Source: Verrucomicrobiota bacterium
Lineage (GTDB): Bacteria; Verrucomicrobiota; Verrucomicrobiia; Limisphaerales; UBA1100
DNA length: 64,000 nucleotides
Direction of reading: 5' to 3'
Assembly: GCA_028343615.1 (NCBI GenBank)
Contig: JAOLZA010000004.1
Location: forward strand, 8,697-72,696
The first letter of the stretch is position 1; each line of letters begins with the position of its first letter. Below are positions 19,410-29,625 of this stretch, piece after piece. The notes beneath the pieces were generated by a model. The model did no database searches and was not told the origin of the DNA. It was given only the letters and a program-made list of their open reading frames with translations. Made by a program: the position numbers and the translations under genes.

Positions 19410-20393
19410 CTAAAAAATTCGTGCCCGAGAAAGGTCTTGTACGTCCACTAAGCCTACCACTTTTTGTTTGGCATCGATAACGACAATTTCGTCAATGCGG
19501 TTTTTCCCTAGCTCGATCACGGCCTCGGCGGCGAGTTTGTCACCTTGAACGGTTACTGGGTTTGCTGTCATGTGATCACGGATGAGGTGGTCGGCGATAT
19601 TGCGGTCTTTCTCATATGCGCGGACAAAGTCGCCATGGGTGAAGATGCCCTGTAACTGGCCTTGCTCATTGGTGGCCACCACGGCACCGGCCTTACATTG
19701 TTTCATGGCGGTGAGGGCGGTAGCCACGGTGTCGCTGGGTTGTACGCGAGCAAGCTGATCGCCTTGGCGCATGATGTCGGTGACGCGGATGAGCAGTTGG
19801 CGGCCGAGGTTGCCACTGGGGTGCAGTTGGGCGAAATCCTCGGCCTTAAAACCGCGGGACTGCAGGAGTACCATGGCCAGCGCGTCGCCGAGGGCGAGCA
19901 TGTTGGTGGAGCTGGAGGTGGGGGCAAGGTTGAGCGGACAGGCTTCGGTTTCCACGCTGATATCGAGTACCACGTCGCTGTTGGCGGCGAGGGTGGAATC
20001 GAGTTTACCAGTGAAAGCGATGATTGATGCGGCACGTTGCTTGAGGTGCGGCAACAGGTTGAGCAGTTCGCTGGTTTCGCCGCTGTAGCTTAGGGCTAGA
20101 ACCGAATCACCTTCGGATACAACACCCAGATCGCCATGCAGTGCATTTTGGCAACTTAGCAGGACAGCTGATGCGCCTGTGCTATTCAGCGTGGCGGCGA
20201 TCTTGGTGGCGATGTTTTCTGACTTGCCGATACCGAGCACGATGATCTTCCTTCGTTCTTCCAATCTTTTTTTCAGAATGTTGATGGCTTGGGTAAACTC
20301 CGGGCCAATCCGGTCTGACAGGCGATGCAATTCGTCAATCTCAGTCCGGAGCACTGCCTTGGCCATAGCCACGAAATCATTACCCATCTTCAT
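19410..20393 (-). CDS. kpsF: Arabinose-5-phosphate isomerase (SIS domain plus CBS pair), KpsF/GutQ family
   Basis: GIGKSENIATKIAATLNSTG (SIS) and a C-terminal CBS pair. The start is set at MKMGNDF (cat at 20391-20393) rather than the ORF-track start at 20468. Confidence 0.85.
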   Translation of the reverse strand: MKMGNDFVAMAKAVLRTEIDELHRLSDRIGPEFTQAINILKKRLEERRKIIVLGIGKSENIATKIAATLNSTGASAVLLSCQNALHGDLGVVSEGDSVLALSYSGETSELLNLLPHLKQRAASIIAFTGKLDSTLAANSDVVLDISVETEACPLNLAPTSSSTNMLALGDALAMVLLQSRGFKAEDFAQLHPSGNLGRQLLIRVTDIMRQGDQLARVQPSDTVATALTAMKQCKAGAVVATNEQGQLQGIFTHGDFVRAYEKDRNIADHLIRDHMTANPVTVQGDKLAAEAVIELGKNRIDEIVVIDAKQKVVGLVDVQDLSRARIF

Positions 20394-20847
20394 TCTCTCC
20401 ACAAACTGCAGGCATTTCAAGGCACTCGTCAACCATATAGCTAGATGCAAACCGCCATTCTGAGTCATGTTTAGACCAATTTTAATCGCTCATAAATGTG
20501 TGAAACTGAGGATCTGGATTTCAAAATGTGTATATCCTTATCTGATTATTTAATTTCTATCTTCGGAGCACTGTGTTCAAGCGAAATAGAATGATTCTGG
20601 CTTGATTCACCTTCGAATGACTGATGTTTTTGTTAAAGATTGTAGGGTTTACCCAACCAGACTTTCCTGAAAAATCTGCGCGATCGATCATTCCGAACTG
20701 TGCGGGATCAGTTCGGTTGTCGAAAATTCTGAACGCAAGATCTCAACGAAGGCTGGCCCGGGTTTGCCAAACTTGATTGGTCTTCCACAGCTCTGGCGAA
20801 TATGCTAGAATAACATCCGTATCAATAAATTCCACGCAATTAGTAGT

Positions 20848-21618
20848 ATGTCGAGTCATGACAATTCAGAGTTATCAGTTAAATCTGGTGGAGTCGCAAA
20901 AGCGCTATACAGATGGCTCCTTGCGCCCGCGATCATCAGGAAGGGGACCCAAGAGATCCCGCTCATTCGTAAGTACTTGGGCAAGGAACCGGGCGTCTTT
21001 GTCGAAGTCGGAGCAAACGACCCGGTAATAGACTCGCAGACATGGGCCCTGGAATCCGAGGGCTGGACCGGTCTTCTTGTGGAGCCGCTCGCGGAGAGGG
21101 CGAGCGAGCTCCGCGAGCAACGCACAGCCATCGTGGAAGAGGTAGCCTGCGGACCACCGGAACTGGACGGAACTGAAGCGGAATTCCATGTCTCCCACCG
21201 GAAGGATGCCCTCTCTTCCCTCAACCCCGCCGGAGCCAAGCCCGGCAACAAGTTTTCTGAAACTCGACATGTGCCTGTTCGTACGCTTGATTCCCTTGTA
21301 AAGAAAGCTGGCCTCAAGCAAATCGATTTCCTTTCGATCGACGTTGAAGGTTTCGAGTCCGAGGTACTCAAGGGAGCCACCCTTGAGCGCCTTCGTCCGC
21401 GTCTTTGCCTGATCGAGGATTGGGCTATTGATTGGACGGTGCACCGGCAGATGACTGCGGCGGGATACAAGCGCGTGCGGCGAACGCAGGTTAATTCGTG
21501 GTACGTTCCTCGGGAAGCTCGGTTTCCCATCTCCATTCTCGGCCACTTCCAGCTATTTAGGAAATATGTTTTGAACGTACCCATCCATCGTATGCGCCAC
21601 CATGCCACCGCCGGATAG
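20848..21618 (+). CDS. FkbM-family SAM-dependent methyltransferase
   Basis: VFVEVGANDPVIDS...GWTGLLVEP and FLSIDVEGFESEVLKG match the FkbM family. The two long antisense ORFs over the same interval have no motifs. Confidence 0.75.
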   Translation: MSSHDNSELSVKSGGVAKALYRWLLAPAIIRKGTQEIPLIRKYLGKEPGVFVEVGANDPVIDSQTWALESEGWTGLLVEPLAERASELREQRTAIVEEVACGPPELDGTEAEFHVSHRKDALSSLNPAGAKPGNKFSETRHVPVRTLDSLVKKAGLKQIDFLSIDVEGFESEVLKGATLERLRPRLCLIEDWAIDWTVHRQMTAAGYKRVRRTQVNSWYVPREARFPISILGHFQLFRKYVLNVPIHRMRHHATAG

Positions 21619-21626
21619 TTTCCAAG

Positions 21627-22805
21627 TTATTGGTTACGCTCGGCAATTATTTCGCACAACTTGTCTCCCGCTTCACCCAAAACCTCTCCCCAACCTCTGC
21701 CGTCCTTTCCTGCAATCCGGACACTGGGATACCAAGGTGTTCGGTCGCGCGTTACTGGCCATTCGCGCCTTAATATATCATCCCGCACCACAATAGTTGG
21801 CACATCGAGCGCACCCGCCACATGGGCCAGCGTGTTGACAATGGTGATCACGCCGTCCAAGGCGGCGACTTGGGCCGCAAAGTCATCCATATTCACCAAC
21901 TGATCAATGGATTCATCGGCGATTATATTTTCATGGCCCAGAATTTTAAGATGAGAGTTCACATTTCCATATTGCAAGGAGACGAATCCTGCTTGGGTCC
22001 GTCTGATGAAATCCGCCCAATCACTCACTTCTGGGGTCTCCTTGGCAAAATGGGAACTGTACCAGCAAATCCCGATTAGTCGCTGGTGTCTCCGGCTACG
22101 CGAATCCGCCCTGTACTTTTGCCTCAATTGCTCGACGAGAGCTTGGTCTGCCACTAGGAAATCACCCGTCTCACCCGGGGGCGGGGCGGTTGGTAAAAAG
22201 TGGGCCAACATCCGATCCGGGGAAATGACATAATCAAAAGCGCCTTCATCGATTGCTTCCGTTGCCGCCTGTACCTTGAGGGTGGGAAAACTGCGGTGAA
22301 ATGTTTTAACTAAGCGCGGCTCCAGCACCGCCATCACTCGGCTGGCTTGGCGGGTAATATGGTGCATTAAGCGTGCCCGCCGGTATCCAACCGCGAGGCC
22401 TTGGCGGTCCGAGGGTTGTAACTGAATCAGCACGTTCTTGCCCTGAAGATCTTCCCCTCTCCATTCGTTGGGAATTGCTTTGGGTTCCCTATTCAATTGG
22501 TTTATCCAGAGCCGCTGGCTATCTTCATAACATCCCAATTGAGAAAGCACAGAAATCATTTCTTTGAGAGTGTGGCGATGCCCACACGCTTCGGCAAGGG
22601 CGGTGACGGTCTTTACCCGTTCCCGCACCAACGCCCAATCGCGGGTCGGGATCGATCGGCGATAGGCGGAATAGGCCAGGCCCAGTTTGGGGTTGCGTGC
22701 GAAACGTGCCACTTGCCGCCGCAGTTGCTTTCCTTTGTCCCGCCGCCACGATATGATATGCCAAGCGTCTTCCGAAACCCAGCGGGGTCGTTTCTTAAAC
22801 AGCAT
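21627..22805 (-). CDS. Uncharacterized protein with a GT9-like/GT-B C-terminal half
   Basis: WRGEDLQGKNVLIQL..., IGICWYSS..., FVSLQYGN and DDFAAQVAALDGVITIVNTLAHVAGALDVPTIVV resemble the heptosyltransferase-like fold seen in TPR-GT proteins. The usual EQGLGD motif is degenerate. Confidence 0.5.
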   Translation of the reverse strand: MLFKKRPRWVSEDAWHIISWRRDKGKQLRRQVARFARNPKLGLAYSAYRRSIPTRDWALVRERVKTVTALAEACGHRHTLKEMISVLSQLGCYEDSQRLWINQLNREPKAIPNEWRGEDLQGKNVLIQLQPSDRQGLAVGYRRARLMHHITRQASRVMAVLEPRLVKTFHRSFPTLKVQAATEAIDEGAFDYVISPDRMLAHFLPTAPPPGETGDFLVADQALVEQLRQKYRADSRSRRHQRLIGICWYSSHFAKETPEVSDWADFIRRTQAGFVSLQYGNVNSHLKILGHENIIADESIDQLVNMDDFAAQVAALDGVITIVNTLAHVAGALDVPTIVVRDDILRREWPVTRDRTPWYPSVRIAGKDGRGWGEVLGEAGDKLCEIIAERNQ

Positions 22806-22828
22806 ATTCGGAAAAGTTAACGATGAAT

Positions 22829-23557
22829 TCAGGGTATTATGAGCTGGCGAACTCGCTCCAGGTCTTCAGGGGTGTCCACGGAAATCGCCCCATCAGCCGG
22901 TGTGGACACCATAGCGACATCGTAACCGTGCTCAATGAAGCGTAGCATCTCGACGCCCTCGGCCAGTTCAACCGGTCCAGGCTGATGGCTTCCGAAGATT
23001 TTCAGTCCTTCCTTGCGAAACGCGTACAGGCCGAGTTGCCTGCGGTGGGTGACTGAGCCGCTCTTGGGAAAAGGAATGGGCAATCGAGAATACGCCAAAG
23101 CCAATTCGCCTATGGTTAGTGAAACTTTGACCGCATTCACATCCACCGCTTCCGAGGGGTGAGAGATCTTCTGGTAGCCATTAGAGGCCATCACGTTGTC
23201 GTTCTGATTCTCGACCATCGCTTTGGTTACCAACTCGATGGCCAGCGGATCGATCATCGGTTCATCGCCTTGGACATTGACGTATATCTCCGCGTCGATG
23301 GAATCCATACACTCCACCAATCGGTCGGTACCCGTGGGATGATCGTCCCGCGTCATCACCACCGGCAACTCCAAGCGTTGGCAGGCTTCCTTAATGCCAG
23401 GGTCGTCCGTCGCAATCCAAGTTTCGTCCAGTATCCCCACCTTGGATGCCTGACGATGCACGTGCCACATCATCGGTTTGCCGTGAATATCCGCCAGCGA
23501 TTTTCCGGGGAAACGCGAGGCTCCGTGTCGGCACGGTATGATTCCCACAACTTTCAT
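22829..23557 (-). CDS. kdsB: 3-deoxy-manno-octulosonate cytidylyltransferase (CMP-Kdo synthetase)
   Basis: IIPCRHGASRFPGKSLADIHGKPMMWHV, ATDDPGI, HPTGTDRLVEC, VNVQGDEPMIDP. The start is at MKVVGI (cat at 23555-23557), giving an ATGA overlap with the HAD gene stop. Confidence 0.8.
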   Translation of the reverse strand: MKVVGIIPCRHGASRFPGKSLADIHGKPMMWHVHRQASKVGILDETWIATDDPGIKEACQRLELPVVMTRDDHPTGTDRLVECMDSIDAEIYVNVQGDEPMIDPLAIELVTKAMVENQNDNVMASNGYQKISHPSEAVDVNAVKVSLTIGELALAYSRLPIPFPKSGSVTHRRQLGLYAFRKEGLKIFGSHQPGPVELAEGVEMLRFIEHGYDVAMVSTPADGAISVDTPEDLERVRQLIIP

Positions 23558-24210
23558 CAATCGCTTGCGTCCTCCTCCGATAACAGCAAATCCGAAATCT
23601 CTGAGAGTATCCAACAATTCTCCTTTGGCTGATCCCCGTATCCCCAAGTGGCGTGAGCGTAGTCGACTCTCGCCCGCTGGGCTGCTTCGAAATCGGAATC
23701 CATATCTCCAATGTATAAGGTTTCTGAGGGATCCACATTTGCTTGTGCCATGGCCATCAGCAAATGATCGGGGGCGGGTTTGCCTCGTAGACGCTCGTTC
23801 GGAGATCGGACACTGTCGAAATCCACCGCCAACATGGCGATAATTGCGTTGGTGCGCATTTTGTCCTTGGAAGTGACGATTCCTATCTTGAATCCCTCCG
23901 AACTCAGCTGGCTCAACACGCGCTGAACATAGGGGTAGAAACTCAGGAGATCCATTCGCTCCATGGACGCGACCCGGAAAGTGGACTCAATAACATGGTC
24001 GGGATCCGCGACTCCAATTCTCTGGAGGATGGTCTGAAACGGGCGACCGATTTCTCTGAAATAAGCTTCAAAATCCACCTCAATCCCGGCTGTTGCCGCC
24101 GCCTTTTTCCAAGCATAACACATATTCTCGCGGGAATTTAACAACACCCCGTCCAAGTCGAACAGAATCAATCGCTTCCCGGCCAGTTTTTCCCTGTTGG
24201 GTTGATTCAT
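23557..24210 (-). CDS. HAD-superfamily phosphatase (phosphoglycolate-phosphatase-like)
   Basis: LILFDLDGVLLNS (DxD nucleophile motif), VTSK, IGDMDSDFEAA. Confidence 0.75.
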   Translation of the reverse strand: MNQPNREKLAGKRLILFDLDGVLLNSRENMCYAWKKAAATAGIEVDFEAYFREIGRPFQTILQRIGVADPDHVIESTFRVASMERMDLLSFYPYVQRVLSQLSSEGFKIGIVTSKDKMRTNAIIAMLAVDFDSVRSPNERLRGKPAPDHLLMAMAQANVDPSETLYIGDMDSDFEAAQRARVDYAHATWGYGDQPKENCWILSEISDLLLSEEDASD

Positions 24211-24567
24211 TTTTTGGATTTAACCGAAGGGCTGTGTCGGCGGCTGGGGTGAAACCTCTTTACTGATTGGAGGGGCAATCAAATACACCGTCAAGCTTAA
24301 AGCTGATCATGACTGATTTGTCTGGCGCTCCCAAAAGAGTGTCGCTGGAGTGGGAGAAAGTAAGGGCGGGGTAAGGAATCGTTGACTTTAGAACTGTAAT
24401 GGTCGAGTGTTTCCCCCCCTCTTGGCTTGAGGATGAGTAAAAAAGGAGCATGACTGTGATTCCAAAAAGTGGGGCAGTTTTTCTGTAAATCCCAAAAACG
24501 GATAGTAAACGGGTCACCATCACACTTGAAAAGACTGGGCTAGCCCCTAAGCAGATATGTTTGAAAG

Positions 24568-25794
24568 ATGCCCCCAAATCTAGATGAGAGGGGTTTGAGT
24601 AATAACAGCAAAAGTCATATGAAAAATTTGAAACGCTATTTGCTGTTAATCAAGTTTTCCACAAAATGGTTTTTCAAGAACGTGGTGAATTTTTTTGTGA
24701 TTATCTATTGCTTAGTAAGGGGGAAGCATTCGCAACGAAGGAGTATATTCTATAGGGAATTGATCTCTGCACAAAACGTCCTATCATATACTAATTCCTA
24801 TTGGAGAATTCTTGATAAGCAATACAGTGCCAACATTGAAATATACAAGGAGTATGTAGAGGAAAATTCTTATGATATTGTGCGCAACCGGCAAGTCGAA
24901 ATGCTTAAGGCACTGGATCGCGTAATACAGAAAAAAAGTTTTGATTCAATCGTGGGAGACGAGAAAAATTCAGAATTAACCTGGGTAATGTCAACCGGGA
25001 GATGTGGGGTAGATGCACTAGACAGATATTTTAAATTGTCTAAGGATCATTTTTCAATACATAGAGAATTCTTTAAAGATGAAATGTATTACGCACACAG
25101 ATCTACGTTGACAACAAAAAGTTATGTGTTTCATAAATTCTTCTATAATAACGCTTCAGATGCGGAAATCGAATCAATAATAAAAACTTTTCTTAGCAAA
25201 AGGATTAAAACCATCAGCCGCAGGAAGGGGAAAAAGTGGGTGTTCTGTGAGCACTGTGACACCGTGTGGCTGCCTATTATTCTAAGAATATTTCCATCCT
25301 CTAAAATTGTTTTTTTATCAAAGAACCCAAAAGAGGTCATAAGGTCATACATGAGTAAGCAGCAATACTCTAGCGCGCAGGAAATGCCCCTCTCTCCATC
25401 GCAGGATAAACTGATGTTCAAAACGCTATTTGGGCTTATGTGCTGGTTTTACACATATATCAACATGTATATTAGCATCCATTGCGAGCTCATTGGAAAT
25501 GATCAACGTATATTAAGTGTCAATGGAGAAGATTTAATGGGGGCTAACTTGGATACATATGAAAAATTAAATAAATTCTTGGGCATGAGTATTTCCCAAA
25601 AACAGTATATGGAACATTTTGGGGGAAGATATAATTCAAAATCTCATAGATCGAAATACTCTGGATTTCCGGAAATCGAGAAATGGCCGGATTCATATCA
25701 GGATTTATTAGAATTATTTTCCACCCAAATAGATGGCAAGATAGATATTAGCCCCCGCGCAAATGCTTGCGCTTTGGCCTCTGGAAATCAGTAG
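24568..25794 (+). CDS. Membrane-anchored putative sulfotransferase
   Basis: N-terminal hydrophobic anchor (YLLLIKFSTKWFFKNVVNFFVIIYCLV). STGRCGVDAL resembles the 5'-PSB loop, and IVFLSKNPKEVIRSYMS resembles the 3'-PB (RxPxDxxxS) region. It lies immediately upstream of the PAPS-synthesis genes. The true start may be MKNLKRY at 24619. Confidence 0.55.
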   Translation: MPPNLDERGLSNNSKSHMKNLKRYLLLIKFSTKWFFKNVVNFFVIIYCLVRGKHSQRRSIFYRELISAQNVLSYTNSYWRILDKQYSANIEIYKEYVEENSYDIVRNRQVEMLKALDRVIQKKSFDSIVGDEKNSELTWVMSTGRCGVDALDRYFKLSKDHFSIHREFFKDEMYYAHRSTLTTKSYVFHKFFYNNASDAEIESIIKTFLSKRIKTISRRKGKKWVFCEHCDTVWLPIILRIFPSSKIVFLSKNPKEVIRSYMSKQQYSSAQEMPLSPSQDKLMFKTLFGLMCWFYTYINMYISIHCELIGNDQRILSVNGEDLMGANLDTYEKLNKFLGMSISQKQYMEHFGGRYNSKSHRSKYSGFPEIEKWPDSYQDLLELFSTQIDGKIDISPRANACALASGNQ

Positions 25795-25806
25795 CTTTAC
25801 TTTGCG

Positions 25807-26343
25807 ATGTTACCAAACCAGTGCAGGATAATTTGGTTCACAGGACTTTCAGGGGCGGGAAAATCTACGTTGGCAGATGAAGTCTTAATGTACCTGACTG
25901 CAAAGGGTGTGAAAAGTAGACTCATTGACGGAGATGATGTGCGCAAAAGCATGAAGGTCCAAAAATTCACAAAATCTGAAATAATTCAGAACAATGAACG
26001 TGTCATTCAGTTATGTAATGATATAAAGGACGAGTTCGAGTATCTGCTCGTAGCTGTAATTGCCCCCTTTAGCCAAACAAGACAAAAGGCAAGGGAAGCT
26101 TTTGGTGGTAATTATGTGGAAATATACGTGAAAGCCAGCATCGAGATCTTGGAAGGCAGGGACACAAAAGGCCTTTATCAGAAAGCTTTAGCCGGAAGAT
26201 TGAACAACCTGATAGGAGTAGACCCAGAAGTCCCATATGAGGAGCCTCGGTTTCCCGAACTTATCGTTGATACGGATAAAGAAACAGTGGGAACATCCGT
26301 GAAAAAAATAGTCAAATTTATCAGTAATAAAACCGAGTTATGA
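25807..26343 (+). CDS. cysC: Adenylyl-sulfate (APS) kinase
   Basis: IWFTGLSGAGKSTLA P-loop and IDGDDVR, typical of CysC. There is a 4-nt overlap with the next gene. Confidence 0.9.
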   Translation: MLPNQCRIIWFTGLSGAGKSTLADEVLMYLTAKGVKSRLIDGDDVRKSMKVQKFTKSEIIQNNERVIQLCNDIKDEFEYLLVAVIAPFSQTRQKAREAFGGNYVEIYVKASIEILEGRDTKGLYQKALAGRLNNLIGVDPEVPYEEPRFPELIVDTDKETVGTSVKKIVKFISNKTEL

Positions 26344-28529
26344 ATAGGGCAAAAATCATTGCGACATTGGGCCCATCGTCCCTTTCAAAAGAGATCGTGG
26401 CACAAATGGATCATTTGGGTGTTGATTTGTTTCGTATCAACCTATCACACACAAACATTAATGATTTAGAAGATATAATTACAATGGTTCAGAGATGGAC
26501 TTCAAAGAAGATTTGTATCGATACCGAGGGGGCTCAACTTAGGGTGGGTCGAATCAACAATAATTCGATGCGCTTCAACTCAGGAGAGCAAATTAGATTT
26601 TGCGGTTCAGAGGGGGTTCATGACGGATCCCTCATTCCGCTTAATGTTCCCAACCCACATGAGATTTTGCGGGTCGGAGACCTATTGAAAATTGATTTTA
26701 ATTCAGTGCTTGTGCAAATAACTGAAATTGATGAACTGCAACCAGTTGCCCGCGTGCTTAAGAAGGGGGCAGTTGGAAATAATAAAGGAATAGGAATTGA
26801 CAGGGCGATTAGTTTGCCAGCGTTCACCGACAAGGACATGTCGGCATTCGAAATAACCAAACAACTAGGGCTGGATACAGTTTTCCTTTCATTTTGTTCT
26901 AGCGGTGGAGATGTGTTGGCCTTGAGGAAAATTTACAATTATCCAATTAGTATTATTTCAAAAGTTGAAAGCCGGTTGTCGATATTCAATTTGGATTCAA
27001 TTTGTGCTGAAAGTGACGCTGTTCTAATTGACCGGGGGGATTTATCAAGAGACGTCCCGCTAACAAAAATACCCTTTGCTCAATCACATATTTTAGATAC
27101 AGCAAAACAATTGGATGTTCCCGTTTATGTGGCAACTAATTTACTTGAGACCATGGTTGAAAAGGCTGAGCCAACTCGAGCAGAGATTCATGATGTTGTG
27201 AGAACTTTGCAAGATGGTGCCGCTGGACTCGTTCTGGCTGCTGAAGCAGCAATTGGATTAAATCCCCCGAACTGTGTTCGGGTCCTATCGAGTCTCATTA
27301 ATGAAGTTGAAAATAAGCCGGGTCAATTTGAGGAGGGTTTTTTATTCGAAAACCCTTCAGGCATCATCATTGCCCCTCATGGTGGACATTTGGTTAATCA
27401 ATATCTTAATGAAGACACCAAATTGAATGTTTCTGACTTAATCACTCTAGACTCAAGTGAAAAAATGAAATCGGACGTGGTTCAGATAGCCAACGGGGTA
27501 TATTCACCTCTAGATAGGTTTATGAATCTCGAAGAGTTGTCTTCGGTTTTAGAGAAAAATCAGTTGCTAGACGGCAATGTGTGGACGATGCCAATAATAT
27601 TGCAGGCAAAAAAGATAGATAAATCAAAAATTATCGGTCAAGAATACATTGCGCTTCGATCTGCGCATGACAATGAGGCTTATGCGGTTATCAAGTCGCC
27701 TAAGGTAGAAGAGATCTCGGATATGAATGGAGTATCTCAAGGCTGGTTTGGAACTGCAGATAAAAGGCATCCTGGAGTCAAAGAGTTTTTTGCGGAAGGC
27801 AATTATATTGTTTCTGGAACGGTTTTATTAATCGAGAAGCCTGCGCCCAGCTCTGCACGTTGTTATGATTTAACACCGAGGCAGACGCGCAGCATTTTTA
27901 GTGACAATGGATGGTCAAACATCGTGGGTTTTCATACACGGAATGTGCCACATCGTGCCCATGAGTATATCCAGTTGAAAGCACTGAACGAATCTAAATC
28001 AGATGCAATTTTTATTTCTCCGGTAACCGGATTAAAGAAGTCAGGTGATTTTTTAGCAATGCCGGTAATCGAGTGTTACAACGCATTGATACGGAGTAAT
28101 TATTATGGTGCATACGGTGCCGTGATAGGTGCCTTTAATACCTATTCAAGGTATTGCGGCCCTAGAGAGGCTGCGTTTACTGCAATTTGCCGGAAAAATT
28201 TCGGCTGTAACCATTTTATTGTGGGCAGAGATCATGCAGGGGTGGGTGATTTTTATGCCTCGGATGCTTCAGTAAAAATTTTTGACTCATTAGATCTCGG
28301 GGTCAACATACTTAACTCCGAACCCGTTTCATGTGTCGATGGTGAATTGGTTTCAGGGGAAGCTGCGGACATCAGTGATGGGAAAACAGTGAAACCAATT
28401 AGCGGATCGGCCGTCCGGGATTGTCTTGTGCGAGGGAAGGAAATCCCTGAATATTTAATGAGAAAGAATATTTCAAGGATACTGTATGACATGATAGAGC
28501 ACGATGCAGATTCTATGTTTCAAGCATAG
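26340..28529 (+). CDS. Fusion protein: N-terminal pyruvate-kinase-like barrel (about aa 1-330) plus C-terminal sulfate adenylyltransferase (ATP sulfurylase)
   Basis: PK-like motifs: KIIATLGPSS, FRINLSH, IDTEGAQLR, ISKVES, IDRGDLS, VATNLLETM, PTRAEIHDVVRTLQDGAAGLVLAAEAA. Sat motifs: FHTRNVPHRAHEYIQ and IVGRDHAGVG. Confidence 0.8.
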   Translation: MNRAKIIATLGPSSLSKEIVAQMDHLGVDLFRINLSHTNINDLEDIITMVQRWTSKKICIDTEGAQLRVGRINNNSMRFNSGEQIRFCGSEGVHDGSLIPLNVPNPHEILRVGDLLKIDFNSVLVQITEIDELQPVARVLKKGAVGNNKGIGIDRAISLPAFTDKDMSAFEITKQLGLDTVFLSFCSSGGDVLALRKIYNYPISIISKVESRLSIFNLDSICAESDAVLIDRGDLSRDVPLTKIPFAQSHILDTAKQLDVPVYVATNLLETMVEKAEPTRAEIHDVVRTLQDGAAGLVLAAEAAIGLNPPNCVRVLSSLINEVENKPGQFEEGFLFENPSGIIIAPHGGHLVNQYLNEDTKLNVSDLITLDSSEKMKSDVVQIANGVYSPLDRFMNLEELSSVLEKNQLLDGNVWTMPIILQAKKIDKSKIIGQEYIALRSAHDNEAYAVIKSPKVEEISDMNGVSQGWFGTADKRHPGVKEFFAEGNYIVSGTVLLIEKPAPSSARCYDLTPRQTRSIFSDNGWSNIVGFHTRNVPHRAHEYIQLKALNESKSDAIFISPVTGLKKSGDFLAMPVIECYNALIRSNYYGAYGAVIGAFNTYSRYCGPREAAFTAICRKNFGCNHFIVGRDHAGVGDFYASDASVKIFDSLDLGVNILNSEPVSCVDGELVSGEAADISDGKTVKPISGSAVRDCLVRGKEIPEYLMRKNISRILYDMIEHDADSMFQA

Positions 28530-28899
28530 ATTTTCCCGCAAAGATATCCCGCTTGCCCAATTTGCTCCGGAGCACTGAGGTTGAGGGTGAATCTGGATTC
28601 TCAATTAAACCCAGATGGCTAGTGTGTGCGTTTTTTAAATAAAACAGAGCACACAAATGGCACTAATCCTCAAGACACAGTTTGCTCTTCCTGTATACAT
28701 TTAGATAGACTTAGAGCCTTCCTATGATAAGCTTGTCTGTTTCTCTGTGAGCACCCCTGTAAACTCTTGAAGGCTTACGGGTTTGCCGTATTAGATTATC
28801 GATTGGGGATGAGCAGATTCTTTTGGGAAAGAAAGGCTCAGATGCCGACAGAGATTTACTCAACCACTCCCGCCTCTTGGATATGATTGTAGTTTCCTG

Positions 28900-29625
28900 T
28901 TAATTGAAATTGCAAAAAGAGACTAACCCATAAATCAGGATGATAAAGGTTATCGCGTTTTGAAATTTACTTTCGTTAACTTTTTTCATTAAGGGTGCAT
29001 TAAAAACTCTATATACAAGAAGGGATAAGGGCGGGAATAAAAGGTAATTTAAATTGAAGGCATCCGGTCGCGCAAAGGCCAAGACGGAGAGCTGCATGAT
29101 ACAGAAAAGACAATATACAAAGGCTATATTTACCCGCATGGAGTTTTTATTTTTATGGATGGCGGCCATGAGGATAGTCAAAGGACCTCCCCCCATGTTC
29201 GACAGGCCGTGGACTATGCCGGTCAGCAAATAGAAATACCTAGGGTTTTGATTGATGAATAAGGATAGGTGTGCCATTGAGGTTTTGAAAGTTCTCAAGA
29301 GGCCTATCATGATCAAAAATGATCCCACGATCTTTGTTACATCCCAAGCCTCTTCATAATTTAATAATATTACCAAACTGACCATCGCCGGGAGTAATGT
29401 GTAAAGGCATGCATTGCCTTTTGCCTCAACTAAATGGTGGTGGCTGTATAACTGGGCCAGCGAAATCGAAAGGGATGCCGGCAGTACAATCCATAATGTT
29501 TCACTGTAAGAATATCCCAGAAAAAGGAGTGTCGGAGTTCCGAAGAGAAGGAGGCCTACTCCGAAAACCGATTGGATCAAGCTCAAAAGTACAATGATGA
29601 GCATTAACGTTAAAACTGCTGACAT
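28900..29625 (-). CDS. TauE/SafE (TSUP, DUF81) family anion permease
   Basis: Polytopic 241-aa protein. The N-terminus LIIVLLSLIQSVFGVGLLLFGTPTLLFLGY and the internal repeat GLSNMGGGPLTILMAA are typical of the TSUP family. Confidence 0.7.
   Translation of the reverse strand: MSAVLTLMLIIVLLSLIQSVFGVGLLLFGTPTLLFLGYSYSETLWIVLPASLSISLAQLYSHHHLVEAKGNACLYTLLPAMVSLVILLNYEEAWDVTKIVGSFLIMIGLLRTFKTSMAHLSLFINQNPRYFYLLTGIVHGLSNMGGGPLTILMAAIHKNKNSMRVNIAFVYCLFCIMQLSVLAFARPDAFNLNYLLFPPLSLLVYRVFNAPLMKKVNESKFQNAITFIILIYGLVSFCNFN

Noticed and set aside
20693-20716. The hairpin ccgaactg-N8-cagttcgg in the kpsF/FkbM divergent intergenic region.
   Set aside because: It is an isolated 8-bp inverted repeat with no adjacent U-tract or known motif, so its function cannot be inferred.
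20856-21608. Two long minus-strand ORFs (250 aa and 213 aa) overlapping the FkbM methyltransferase gene.
   Set aside because: Only the plus-strand frame shows family motifs (VEVGAN..., IDVEGFE...). The antisense translations are R/S/P-rich with no recognisable features.
24260-24577. A 105-aa minus-strand ORF at the left edge of the AT-rich island.
   Set aside because: It is hydrophobic in part but has no motif, and it overlaps the 5' end of the sulfotransferase ORF. It cannot be distinguished from a chance ORF without expression or conservation data, so I left it unannotated.
28623-28655. The inverted repeat tgtgtgc...gcacaca between the convergent PK-Sat and TauE genes, considered as a possible bidirectional terminator.
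   Set aside because: The loop is about 19 nt and the T-run sits inside the loop rather than after the stem, so this is not a convincing intrinsic terminator.
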